NCBI GenBank assembly: GCA_965199955.1
Contig: CBDATQ010000002.1
Coordinates: 1,619,946 to 1,683,945 of the forward strand
Direction: 5' to 3'
DNA: 64,000 nt
Source: Spirochaetia bacterium
Lineage (GTDB): Bacteria > Spirochaetota > Spirochaetia > SZUA-6 > Bin103
Part shown: positions 19,799 through 29,046 of the stretch, piece after piece
How positions within the stretch are numbered: the stretch's first letter is position 1
Layout: every line of letters starts with the position of its first letter
Program-made: the position numbers and the translations under genes
The notes under the pieces: model-generated
The model's database searches: none
Told to the model about the DNA's origin: nothing
What the model saw: only the letters and a program-made list of their open reading frames with translations

Positions 19799-20239
19799 AA
19801 AAGGTATATCGTCCTCGAAGTCTCTGGAGGGACCCGGATCGGGACCCATGCGGTCGCCGGCCGGACCCGATGGGGGCGCACCGCCCGATGGGGCCGGCCC
19901 CTGGCCCATGGCGTCACCGCGTCCGCCGAGCAACTGTATGTTGCGGGTGAAGATCTCCACCTTGCTGCGCCGCTGGCCATCCTGCTCCCAGCGGTTCTGG
20001 CGCAACTCGCCCTCGAGTCCGATCTGCTTACCCTTGGTGAGGTACGGCGACAAGCTCTCCGCGGTCTTCCCCCATACCACACAGTCGAAGAAATGCGCTT
20101 CGTCGACCCACTGGTCATCGCGGCGCCGGCGGGTGTTGATCGCCAACGAAATGTTGGCCACCGCGCTGCCGCTGTTCGTGTACCGCAATTCCGCATCGCG
20201 CGTGAGGCGCCCGACCAGGACCACGTGATTGATATCCAA
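19796..20239 (-). CDS. ssb: Single-stranded DNA-binding protein
   Basis: INHVVLVGRLTRDAELRYT...; C-terminal DDIPF. Confidence 0.98.
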   Translation of the reverse strand: MDINHVVLVGRLTRDAELRYTNSGSAVANISLAINTRRRRDDQWVDEAHFFDCVVWGKTAESLSPYLTKGKQIGLEGELRQNRWEQDGQRRSKVEIFTRNIQLLGGRGDAMGQGPAPSGGAPPSGPAGDRMGPDPGPSRDFEDDIPF

Positions 20240-20240
20240 C

Positions 20241-20522
20241 TCACGCCTCCTTGCGCACGATCAGGTACTTCAGGATCTCCGGCGCAAGCTGCAGTGCCCG
20301 CTCCGCGTCGCGGATGGCAGTCGGTTCGGACTCCACCTCGTAGTGGAAATAGTGACCTCGGTCGGACTTCTTTATGGCGTAAGCCAATGGCCGTTCACCC
20401 ATGTCTTCCTCGGTCAGGAAGGTCCCGCCGGCCCTGGAGAGGACCTCCTTGACCAGCCCCTGACCACGATCGACGCTATCGGCTTCCGGCTTGAAAATGA
20501 ACGTAACTTCGTAGACCCGCAC
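20241..20522 (-). CDS. rpsF: 30S ribosomal protein S6
   Basis: RVYEVTFIF, MGERPLAYAIKK..RGHY, ILKYLIVR; directly upstream of ssb. Confidence 0.95.
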   Translation of the reverse strand: MRVYEVTFIFKPEADSVDRGQGLVKEVLSRAGGTFLTEEDMGERPLAYAIKKSDRGHYFHYEVESEPTAIRDAERALQLAPEILKYLIVRKEA

Positions 20523-20532
20523 AACTGAATGC

Positions 20533-20562
20533 AAGCTAACACCTGCCCGTGGGCGCCGTCAA
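20533..20562 (-). promoter_or_regulatory. Putative sigma70 promoter of rpsF-ssb
   Basis: TTGACG-N18-TAGCTT, 10 nt before the GTG. Confidence 0.6.
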
Positions 20563-20578
20563 CGCCGGCCGGCCCGGG

Positions 20579-22396
20579 TCAGGCGCAGTTCGATGCGCCT
20601 TCGGCCAGGTGCCAGCACACGCGGCCGACCGTGCCTCCCTCGAGAGGCCGGACCAGGACCAGGTAGTCGCCCTGTACCAGCTCGAACCGGCTCAGACCGG
20701 GTTCCTGAGGTGAGATGTCGATCATGCCCGGCAGGTAGAACACCGCCACCTCCGCCGGCGTCTCCGAAGCGGCCTCAAGCGATATCTGATAGGCATCGCG
20801 GTCGAACACCCGCAGGTTGTGGTGCCTGATGGGGCCGAGGTCAGCCTGCTCGACCCAGGCGCGGTCGGCGAACACCCGCGGCGGTGTCACCACGTCGAGC
20901 GCGACGCTGTAGCGCTGTCCCAGGTCCTCCTCCCCGGCGGTCACCTGGAGGACGGCCGGGTCCGCGCCCAGGTAGAGCGCGCCCACCAGCTCGCCGGCGT
21001 CGGATGGAATGAGCGGCAGGAACGGCGGTTCGTCTCTCGCGTTGTGCAGGCTCGCAGTCACGGAGTCGGAGTCCGAACGGATCGTCACGCTGTAGAAGAG
21101 TCCCGGCCGCGCGCTGAGCTGAAACCACTCCCGCGTCTGCCGCAACGATCGTTCCTGGGGCTCGCCGGGCTGCAACTCCGCAGGTTGGGCGAGCGCCTCC
21201 GCGCCGCCGGCGCCGGTCGCAGCGGGCGTGTCGCCGGCAGGTTCGGCAGCGTCCCCGGAGACAAGCGGCGTCGCTTTGATCGTGAGCGCGTAGGCTCCCG
21301 AGGAGGAGGCGTCGGCGGCCAATACCTCGATCACGTAGACGCCGGCGTCCATCTCGCCGGTGAAGCCACTGTCGTGGAGCCCGAACGGGACGGCGTTGCC
21401 GGCGTGGTAGAGGGCGATCAGCGTGTCGATATCGGACTCGATGGCCACGGTGACCGTCGACGGTGTGGGAAGCGCCAGCTCGAAGCGGTCGCGGTCGCTG
21501 GCGGTGAGCGCACGCTCGAAGCGGGCGTCCTCCTCCAACGGCAGCGGGACCTCGTAGCCGGCGACGTCGTCCGGCTCGTACGGGTCGTCGGCCGACGGTG
21601 GTTGAGCGGCCGGCGGACCCGCCGGGGCGGGTCGCTCGAAACTCTGCGGGGCCGCCGGCTGAGCCACCGGCTCCACGGGTTCCGGAGGGACATCCTCCTC
21701 GGGCGGGGGAATGGGCGGTTCGATGGACGGCTGCGGAGCGGTTGCGGATGGCCCGGCAGGTTCCTGGGGGTTCACCACCGCCGCGGGTACCGCAAGCGCC
21801 GGCTGCGGCGCCTCGACCTCGGGCGGTGCTTCCGGCGGCACTTCGGCGGCGATCACGGTGCCTGTTTCGGCCAGCCCATCCAGCAGGTCCGGTTGCAGCA
21901 GCTCGGAGATGCCGGTGGAGCGCGGCATTTCGATCAGGTCGGCGTCGACGAGCAGGCCATCCCGATCGAGAACCCTGACCACGGCCAGCACCTGGTGTTC
22001 GAACGGCTGCAGCTCCACCGAGACCCGAACCGCCGAGTCTGGCGGTTCGTCGGACGCCGGGGCGTCGAGCAGGCGGGCGCTCCGGTAGTGCCGCAACAGC
22101 GTGATCTGGAGCGCCCCCCGCACACGGGCGCCGAGCCGGGTCATGCGGTGCGAGTCGGTCCGCACCGGCTCGACGTACAGGATCGTGTGGACGTGATCCG
22201 GCACCGCGCGAGTGACCACTTCCGCCGCCTGCTGCGCCGCGCGTTCCACGGTCTGGCGAACCGGCATCTCGAGAACGGCGCCGAGCTCCTGGCCGACTGC
22301 GGTCGACGACGGCCACAGCAGCAGCCCGAGGACGCACAGGGACATGGCCGGAACACCGGTCCGCCGGACGGTCAGCCGGCTCAAAAGTGGCTCCAC
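20579..22396 (-). CDS. Exported protein with Pro-rich linker and PPC-like (pre-peptidase C-terminal) domains
   Basis: Signal-like segment, Pro/Ala/Glu-rich linker, DDPYEPDD...DRDRFEL...DIDTLIALY...GVYVIEV...GAYAL. Confidence 0.65.
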   Translation of the reverse strand: MEPLLSRLTVRRTGVPAMSLCVLGLLLWPSSTAVGQELGAVLEMPVRQTVERAAQQAAEVVTRAVPDHVHTILYVEPVRTDSHRMTRLGARVRGALQITLLRHYRSARLLDAPASDEPPDSAVRVSVELQPFEHQVLAVVRVLDRDGLLVDADLIEMPRSTGISELLQPDLLDGLAETGTVIAAEVPPEAPPEVEAPQPALAVPAAVVNPQEPAGPSATAPQPSIEPPIPPPEEDVPPEPVEPVAQPAAPQSFERPAPAGPPAAQPPSADDPYEPDDVAGYEVPLPLEEDARFERALTASDRDRFELALPTPSTVTVAIESDIDTLIALYHAGNAVPFGLHDSGFTGEMDAGVYVIEVLAADASSSGAYALTIKATPLVSGDAAEPAGDTPAATGAGGAEALAQPAELQPGEPQERSLRQTREWFQLSARPGLFYSVTIRSDSDSVTASLHNARDEPPFLPLIPSDAGELVGALYLGADPAVLQVTAGEEDLGQRYSVALDVVTPPRVFADRAWVEQADLGPIRHHNLRVFDRDAYQISLEAASETPAEVAVFYLPGMIDISPQEPGLSRFELVQGDYLVLVRPLEGGTVGRVCWHLAEGASNCA

Positions 22397-23049
22397 CCGG
22401 CCGGCCGGGGCAACGGGATCGGATCGGGGGCGGACTGGGTGCGCTGCAGCGCCGCCCAGTCGGCCTGCAGATCATCCACGAACCAGCGATCGGATTCGAG
22501 TACCAGGTAGACCTCGGCCGGAATGCTGCCGAGCGGCCCGGACAGTCTGGCGCGCAGGAATGCGGTGTCGCCGGTCCGTTCGACCCGTCCCAGCCGAAAT
22601 CCGGCCAGAGTCACGCCGCGGCGCAGGTGATAGTCGAGGGTCGCGGCCACGTGCACCTGCCCCGCGGGGGACAGCGGAAGATCGTGCAGATCGCCGCTCC
22701 GAACCGCTCCGAGCAACCGATCGACCGTGCGCACCGCAGCGCGTTCGCTCGCGGTAGCGTCCAGGTCATCGGCGAGCGGGCCGATCATCGCGTCGTCCGG
22801 GAGCAGGGGCCGCGCCGTCCGATACGCCAGGAATTCCGATGACTCGATCGCGGCAGGATGGTCGTCCACCGGCTGATCATCGGCCGTCGGCGAAACCTCC
22901 GCAACCGGCGGAGATCTCGGCGCCGGTTCCTCGCCGGCCGGAGCATCGCCGGCTGCGGGTTCGTTGTTTCGGGAGCGCGAACAGGAGGACGCAAGCAACA
23001 TGACGCCGAACAGCAAGCAGGGCAGGGCAAGGCGAGCCCAGCGGATCAC
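22381..23049 (-). CDS. Putative lipoprotein
   Basis: GTG start at 23049; hydrophobic leader ending LLASSC (lipobox-like), followed by a low-complexity tether. Confidence 0.65.
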   Translation of the reverse strand: MIRWARLALPCLLFGVMLLASSCSRSRNNEPAAGDAPAGEEPAPRSPPVAEVSPTADDQPVDDHPAAIESSEFLAYRTARPLLPDDAMIGPLADDLDATASERAAVRTVDRLLGAVRSGDLHDLPLSPAGQVHVAATLDYHLRRGVTLAGFRLGRVERTGDTAFLRARLSGPLGSIPAEVYLVLESDRWFVDDLQADWAALQRTQSAPDPIPLPRPAGWSHF

Positions 23050-23128
23050 GTGGCACGGTATCCGGTCCCGGCGTGACGGGTCAAATCCGTGCGCAACGTG
23101 CCCCCGCGCAACGTGGTAGCCTTGGCCC

Positions 23129-24418
23129 GTGCCGTCGAACGCCGCCCGGGTGGTGCGCGAGGTGCACTCGGAATTCACCCAGCCGGTTCGCGACCCCCTG
23201 TGGCAGAACATCGACCTCAGCCCCGGTCTGTACCGGCTGGCGCAGACGGCGCCGTTCCAGCGCCTGCGGGACATCCGGCAGCTCGGCCCGGTGTTTCTGG
23301 TGTATCCGGGCGCCACGCACACCCGCCTGAGTCACTCGATCGGCGTGATGCATCTAGCCGGGCGCATGATCACCGCGATCGCCGACCGGTCACCGGAGTG
23401 GCGCATCGAGCCGGAGGAAGTGCGTGCATTTCTCGCGGCGACGATGCTGCACGACCTCGGGCACTATCCGAACGCCCACTCGCTCAAGGACCTGGCGGTG
23501 TCCCGGCACGAGACGCTGACCGCGCAGATGGTGCAGGAGGGCGAGGTGGCGCGCACGCTGCGCGAGCGAGTCGGAGCCCCGCCCGAGCTGGTCGCGGCCA
23601 TCATAGACGTCACCCTGCCGCACCCCACGCCGGGGCTGCCGTTTCTGCGGGCGCTGCTGGCCGGAGTGCTCGATCCTGACCGGTTGGACTACCTGAGCAG
23701 AGACGCGTTCTTCTGTGGCGTGCCGTATGGGATGCAGGACGTGGACTTCGTGATCGGGGAGATGCGCCGCACGGCATGCGGCCGTGTCGCGATCACGGAG
23801 AAAGGGACGCTGGCCGTGGAGAGTCTGCTGTTTTCCCGCTACCTGATGTACCGGGCGGTGTACTGGCACCGGACCGTGCGCATCGCCACGGCGATGATCA
23901 AGCGCGCGGTGCTGCTGGGGATGAAGGACGGGAAGATCCGGGCTGATGACCTGTACGGCCTGACCGACCCGGGCTTCCTGCGGCTGCTCGACGTTAGGCG
24001 CCACCCGGCGTTCGTGCTGGTCGGCGACGTGCACGCCAGACGCCTGCATCGGCAGGCGTTCCGGGTCCGCTTCGAGCCGGGACGCGGCACCCATCGCCGC
24101 CTGGAGCTGCCGATCGACCGGCTGCAGGTCGAAAGCCGGCTGCGCGCCGCGGCGTCGGCGGAGCTTGGTGCCCCCGTGGAAGACCACGAGGTGCTCATCG
24201 ACGTGCCGGAGCGCAACAGCTTCGCGACGGACCTGCTGGTACAGCCGGACGACGGCACGGATCCGATCCCGTTCTCGGGAACGCACACGGTGTTCGGTCC
24301 GGACGTCGTGGCCCGCTTCGGCGCGACGTTGCGCTCGATCGCCGTGATCGGCTCCCGGCGCCCGGGGCTGGATGCCGCGTTGCGCCGGGTCGCTCCGGCC
24401 GTGATCGATGGCGGCTGA
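23129..24418 (+). CDS. HD-domain phosphohydrolase (SAMHD1/dNTPase-like)
   Basis: FQRLRDIRQLG..VYPGATHTRLSHSIGV, LHDLGH, DPDRLDYL.RD, VYWHRTVR. Confidence 0.92.
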   Translation: MPSNAARVVREVHSEFTQPVRDPLWQNIDLSPGLYRLAQTAPFQRLRDIRQLGPVFLVYPGATHTRLSHSIGVMHLAGRMITAIADRSPEWRIEPEEVRAFLAATMLHDLGHYPNAHSLKDLAVSRHETLTAQMVQEGEVARTLRERVGAPPELVAAIIDVTLPHPTPGLPFLRALLAGVLDPDRLDYLSRDAFFCGVPYGMQDVDFVIGEMRRTACGRVAITEKGTLAVESLLFSRYLMYRAVYWHRTVRIATAMIKRAVLLGMKDGKIRADDLYGLTDPGFLRLLDVRRHPAFVLVGDVHARRLHRQAFRVRFEPGRGTHRRLELPIDRLQVESRLRAAASAELGAPVEDHEVLIDVPERNSFATDLLVQPDDGTDPIPFSGTHTVFGPDVVARFGATLRSIAVIGSRRPGLDAALRRVAPAVIDGG

Positions 24419-24427
24419 GTCCGGCCT

Positions 24428-24733
24428 TCAGTAATCGTCCTCCGGGTCGTAGTGCTCGGTGAACACGTGCGCCCCGCTGACACGGTCCGGGACGGCGTCC
24501 TCCACGAAGCGCATCACTTTCTGGAGGACCGATTCGGTGTGAGCGCCGCTGTTGGCGACCGCGGCGAACGCCAGCACGGCCCGCCGCAGGTCGTCGTTCG
24601 CGGCCACCTCGGCGGCCGCGACCCGGAAACGGGTTCCGGCCCGCTCCTTGAGCGAGGCGATGACGCGCCGCTTCTCCTTCAGCGACGTCGTTCCCGGCAG
24701 ATCGATGCACAGGCGCAGCACGGAGACGACCAT
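24428..24733 (-). CDS. DUF503/YlxP family protein
   Basis: MVVSVLRL.IDLPG..SLKEKRRVI.SL...FRVAAAEV. Confidence 0.88.
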   Translation of the reverse strand: MVVSVLRLCIDLPGTTSLKEKRRVIASLKERAGTRFRVAAAEVAANDDLRRAVLAFAAVANSGAHTESVLQKVMRFVEDAVPDRVSGAHVFTEHYDPEDDY

Positions 24734-24847
24734 GGAATTCCTCCCGCCCGGCGTCGGTCGCGCAACGTCGGCGCCGATATGTGCCGATAAACATAGCAGA
24801 TACATGCTCGAACGCGGACACTCAACCACGGACAGGCGGGTTCATCG

Positions 24848-26302
24848 ATGACGTCATACGCTGCTCGGATCTTCACCGGACGCTCCCACGCCGTCCGGGT
24901 CGTGCTCGCTGCCCTGATGCTGAGTGCCGCCGGTGCCCGCGTCGGCGTGGCGCAGGAGGGCGCAGACCCTGAAGGCGAAGGCGCCGGCGACGGCATGACC
25001 ATCGGAGCGCTGCTCGGCATCGGCGTCGAGCACATTCCCGATGATGACGGCGGCGGCGCGACTTGGCAGTCGTTGACCCTCGCGCCGGAGTTCAGCGCAG
25101 GCAAGTTCAGCCTGGATCTGGGAGCGCAGCTTCGCTTCCGGTTCGACGGCGGACCCGCAGGCAGCGAGTGGGAGATCCGGGAGGAAGACTGGAGTCCGGA
25201 CGAATCGATTGCGGGGCGGTCGTTCCTGGACCTGTTCCTGCCGATCATCCGCCATGCGCGCTACGGCGGTGATGGTGAGCCCCTCGTGGTGCGCGCCGGT
25301 TCGTTCGAGGACGCCACCCTGGGAACGGGTTTCCTGCTCGGCGAGTACGCGAATACCGTGCTGCTGCCGGGCCGCCGGCTGTTCGGGGTGGATCTGGACA
25401 TCGACGGGGCGGTGTTCAACGTGCCGGTGGCCGGTCTGGAGACGGTCGTGGGCCATGTGCCTGCCCTGGACGTGATGGGGGCCCGGCTCTGGGCCCGCCC
25501 GATGTATGCCCTGAGCATGCCCCTGCTCTCATCATTGCGGATCGGGGCCGTGGCAGCCGCCGACTTCGATCCGTTCCGGTACGTCCCGGACACCGACGAA
25601 GAGGGCAGCGTCTCGGCATTCGGGTTCGACCTCGAGGTCCCGGTCGTCGCGACGCCGTCGTTCTCCGCTACCGCCCACGGCGACGTGGTGCTGCTGGGGA
25701 CCTCGGAGATCGACTCGCGGTCGGTCGGGACGGCGGTGGGCCTCTCCGGCACGGCGGTCAGCAACCTCCGCTACGGGCTGCAGCTCCGGCTGACCGACGA
25801 CCGCTTCCTGCCGGTCTACTTCGATCGCGACTACGATCGGCAGCGAGCCGACAAGTTCCGCGCGCTGCGAGCCGCGGAACGGGCCACGACACAGTCCGAC
25901 GCGCTGGAGGGCTTGGTCCATGCCGGATGGGCAGCGCGGGTTGGCACCTCCCTGCTGGATCGTCGCATAGACTTGGACCTGGGACTGTCCGGACCGTTGT
26001 CCGGCGCAGGCGGCGCCCTGGCGGAGGTTCCTTACGCGCAACGAAAGGGCCTGGACGTGAAGGGGCGTGTCCGCCTGCGCGACCTTGGCGTCGACGGGAT
26101 GTCGTTCGACCTGGACTACCGCAAGCGCCAGCTCGACAGTCTGGGCGATCTCACCGAGCCCGAGCATCTCTCGGTCGGCACGGCGCTCAGCTACCGGACG
26201 AACGGTACGCTGATCGTCCTGTCCTACCGCGGCTACTATGACCCTGCAGCCGACGGCCTGGTCGGAGCGCCGGCCGTGGAGAGCTGGATCGAGCTGTTCT
26301 GA
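24848..26302 (+). CDS. Putative outer-membrane beta-barrel protein
   Basis: Signal peptide (..VGVA-QE), alternating beta-strand patterns, C-terminal WIELF. Confidence 0.6.
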   Translation: MTSYAARIFTGRSHAVRVVLAALMLSAAGARVGVAQEGADPEGEGAGDGMTIGALLGIGVEHIPDDDGGGATWQSLTLAPEFSAGKFSLDLGAQLRFRFDGGPAGSEWEIREEDWSPDESIAGRSFLDLFLPIIRHARYGGDGEPLVVRAGSFEDATLGTGFLLGEYANTVLLPGRRLFGVDLDIDGAVFNVPVAGLETVVGHVPALDVMGARLWARPMYALSMPLLSSLRIGAVAAADFDPFRYVPDTDEEGSVSAFGFDLEVPVVATPSFSATAHGDVVLLGTSEIDSRSVGTAVGLSGTAVSNLRYGLQLRLTDDRFLPVYFDRDYDRQRADKFRALRAAERATTQSDALEGLVHAGWAARVGTSLLDRRIDLDLGLSGPLSGAGGALAEVPYAQRKGLDVKGRVRLRDLGVDGMSFDLDYRKRQLDSLGDLTEPEHLSVGTALSYRTNGTLIVLSYRGYYDPAADGLVGAPAVESWIELF

Positions 26303-26397
26303 CAGGCTATCCGACCGCATGATGGCCGGATCGCGTGACGGCCCGACGTGCCGACGGCCTTTCCGCGTGCGAGGTGAATCCGACACACTCCCGGGCC

Positions 26398-28155
26398 ATG
26401 GGCCGAATCCGCGTCCTTGCAGACGATACGGCTCGCCAGATCGCGGCCGGAGAAGTCATCGACCGGCCGTACTCGATCGTCCGCGAGTTGCTCGACAACG
26501 CCATCGATGCCGGCGCCGCCAACGTGCGGGTGGAAGTTGTCAAGGGAGGGTTGGAGCAGATTCGCGTGATGGACGACGGTGCCGGCATGGACGAAGAGGA
26601 TTTGCGTCTGTGCGCGCTCCGGCACGCCACCTCCAAGATCGCCGACCACCGCGACCTCGCACGCGTGCGCACGCTGGGGTTTCGGGGCGAGGCGCTTGCG
26701 AGCATCGGCGCCTGCAGCGTGCTCACGCTGACCTCCCGAAGCAAGGAAGGAGCCTCGGCACACCGCGCGCTGGTGCGTTTCGGCCGTGACGAGGGCGTGC
26801 GGCCGAGCGCGGGAGTCCCGGGCACCACTGCGGAGGTGAGCTCGCTGTTCTTCGAGCTTCCGGCCCGGCGCCGTTTCCTGAAGAGCCGTGGCGCGGAGAC
26901 GGCGCTGTGCCGGCGCACCTTCCTGGAGAAGGCGCTTCCGCACCCGGAGGTCGCGTTCGAGTTTGCCGTCGATGGCAGGCAGGTCATGAGAATGCCTGCC
27001 GGGTCGCCGCTCGATCGGACGGCAGCCGCCGCAGGACTGAACGCGGCCGATTTCGCCTGCGTGCACGGCGGTGGCGAGGGCCTGCGAGTGGCAGCGCTGG
27101 CGGCGCGCCCGGAGCTGGCCCGTCGCGACCGGGCGGGGATCCACGTCTATCTCAACCGGCGGCGGATCACCGATTTCGGGCTCGTCCAGGCGGTCGAGTA
27201 CGGGTACGGCGAGTTCCTGCCGGGTGGCCTGCACCCGGTGGCGTACCTGTTCGTCGAGATCGATCCCGAGATGGTCGATTTCAACGTGCACCCCGCGAAG
27301 CGGGAGGTGCGGCTGCGGCGTCCGGGCGAGCTGCATCGGGCGATCAGCTCGACGCTGCAGCGGGAGATCCGGAGCTGGCAGTCGCAGCCCGAGCGCGGCT
27401 CGGCTGCCGGGGAGAACCGGCCGGAAGCGGCCGCCGCATCGTTCCTGGCCGAGGCTCCGCCGGTCTTTCCGGCACTGATCCGGCCTCCTCCGGCGGGAGC
27501 GGACGGATCGCCGCCTGGCGTGCCCTCCTCCCGTCCGGACGCGGGGACGGCCCCTGGGGCGTGGCGCGGGCGCGCTCCCGACCCGGACGCCGAGATGCGC
27601 TACCTCGGTCAGGCCTTCCAGCTCTTCCTGGTCGCCGAGGTGGGCGACCGCATCTACTTCGTCGACCAGCATGCCGCCCACGAGCGCGTGCTGTACGAGC
27701 AGCTTCGCGGCGGCCTGATCGAGCGGCAGAAACTGCTGGCCGGGCCATCCGTCGAGCTGTCTCCGGAAGAGGACACCGAGCTCCGCGGTTTCCTGGACGA
27801 TCTCGAGCGTTGCGGGTTCCGTCTGCAGGCGCGGGGCGGAGGGCGCTACACGATCATGGAGATACCGGCCGCGGCGGCGCGTCTGCCGGCGGAACATCTG
27901 TGTCGCTTCATGCGCCTGTGCGCGGGGACCTCGGAGGACTGGGACCGGGACGTGTACAGCGGCTTGGCCTGCCGCCTTGCGGTCAAGGACGGGGAGGTCA
28001 TCGACGATCGGTCGGGCCGCGAGTTGCTCGAGCGCTCGTTCCGGATCGATCCTCAGCGGTGTCCGCACGGTCGCCCGCTGTGGCTCGAGATCAGCAGGCA
28101 GGCGCTGGCCGGTTCGGTAGGGCGTCCGTCTCCCCTGAGACGGACGGCTCGCTGA
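26398..28155 (+). CDS. mutL: DNA mismatch repair endonuclease MutL
   Basis: QIAAGEVIDRP, ELLDNAIDA, GFRGEAL, DFNVHPAKREV, DQHAAHER, ACR, CPHGRP. Confidence 0.97.
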   Translation: MGRIRVLADDTARQIAAGEVIDRPYSIVRELLDNAIDAGAANVRVEVVKGGLEQIRVMDDGAGMDEEDLRLCALRHATSKIADHRDLARVRTLGFRGEALASIGACSVLTLTSRSKEGASAHRALVRFGRDEGVRPSAGVPGTTAEVSSLFFELPARRRFLKSRGAETALCRRTFLEKALPHPEVAFEFAVDGRQVMRMPAGSPLDRTAAAAGLNAADFACVHGGGEGLRVAALAARPELARRDRAGIHVYLNRRRITDFGLVQAVEYGYGEFLPGGLHPVAYLFVEIDPEMVDFNVHPAKREVRLRRPGELHRAISSTLQREIRSWQSQPERGSAAGENRPEAAAASFLAEAPPVFPALIRPPPAGADGSPPGVPSSRPDAGTAPGAWRGRAPDPDAEMRYLGQAFQLFLVAEVGDRIYFVDQHAAHERVLYEQLRGGLIERQKLLAGPSVELSPEEDTELRGFLDDLERCGFRLQARGGGRYTIMEIPAAAARLPAEHLCRFMRLCAGTSEDWDRDVYSGLACRLAVKDGEVIDDRSGRELLERSFRIDPQRCPHGRPLWLEISRQALAGSVGRPSPLRRTAR

Positions 28156-28204
28156 GTCGGCAGGACGCCAGGACGCCGAACCAAGTATACCAGGTAAGAT
28201 GAGC

Positions 28205-28648
28205 CTACGGGTCGTTCTGGGCGCGTCGCCGACGCGAAAGGCGTGCGTACAGCCGTCCCAGCGGGCGGACGACCACGGCGCGCGCCAGCCGCGCCAGTCC
28301 CTTCAAGGCCCGCCGCCACCACCTGACGCGCTGCAGCCGCTGCATCCGCTCGATCGCTTCACGCAGCTCCTCCGGCCGAAGTTCCTTTCGCTGGACGTTC
28401 TCCTCCAGCTCGAGCTCCAGCGTCTCGCGCTCCGACTCCTTGTCGATCACGATCGCGTTGATGCTCTTCCACCCAAGGCGGCGGGCGCTTTCCAGCCGCC
28501 GGTTTCCAGCGATCAGTTCCGACCGGCGATTGATCAGGATCGGACAGAGCAGGCCGTGCTTGCGCAGGCTCTCCATCAGTGACGACAGGTCGCCGAGGGA
28601 ATACCGGACCCGCTTGCGGATGACGATGGTATCGATCTCCACCTGCAT
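28205..28648 (-). CDS. Stand-alone ParB/Srx N-terminal domain protein
   Basis: LMESLRKHGLLCPILI...LIAGNRRLES...LEENVQRKEL; no HTH domain. Confidence 0.85.
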   Translation of the reverse strand: MQVEIDTIVIRKRVRYSLGDLSSLMESLRKHGLLCPILINRRSELIAGNRRLESARRLGWKSINAIVIDKESERETLELELEENVQRKELRPEELREAIERMQRLQRVRWWRRALKGLARLARAVVVRPLGRLYARLSRRRRAQNDP

Positions 28649-29046
28649 CAGCCGGAGCCCTCTGCAAGCCCGATCAGGCCCCGGTATTCGTCGCTGTCCA
28701 GCAGATCGTCGAGCTCGGCCGCGTCATCGATGCCGAGTTCGAAGATCCACCCGGCTCCTTCCGCATCGGCGTTGATCAGGCGGCCGGCTCCCGGCTCCCG
28801 CAGCCTTTCATTGACGGCGGTTACGACCCCGCCGACCGGCGCGTACAACTCGGTCGCTGCCTTCAGCGCGTCGATGGCGCACACCGCGGCGCCGCGTTCG
28901 ATACGGGTGCCCACGTCGGGGAGCTGCACGAAGGTGATCTCGCCGAGCTCCTCCTGGGCGAAATCGGTCAGTCCCACCCGCACGCCGGACCGATGGCGTA
29001 GCGCCCAATGGTGGTCGTGCGTGTAGCGGCGTTCGTTCGAGTTCAT
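28648..29046 (-). CDS. gcvH: Glycine cleavage system H protein (lipoyl carrier)
   Basis: RYTHDHHW, VGLTDFAQEELGEITFVQLP, lipoyl Lys in DALKAA, N..L, GWIF. Confidence 0.9.
   Translation of the reverse strand: MNSNERRYTHDHHWALRHRSGVRVGLTDFAQEELGEITFVQLPDVGTRIERGAAVCAIDALKAATELYAPVGGVVTAVNERLREPGAGRLINADAEGAGWIFELGIDDAAELDDLLDSDEYRGLIGLAEGSG

Noticed and set aside
3576..28155. MazG, Nfo, Maf, HD dNTPase and MutL considered as one anti-phage or nucleotide-sanitising system
   Set aside because: The genes are dispersed across different operons and each is a common housekeeping family.
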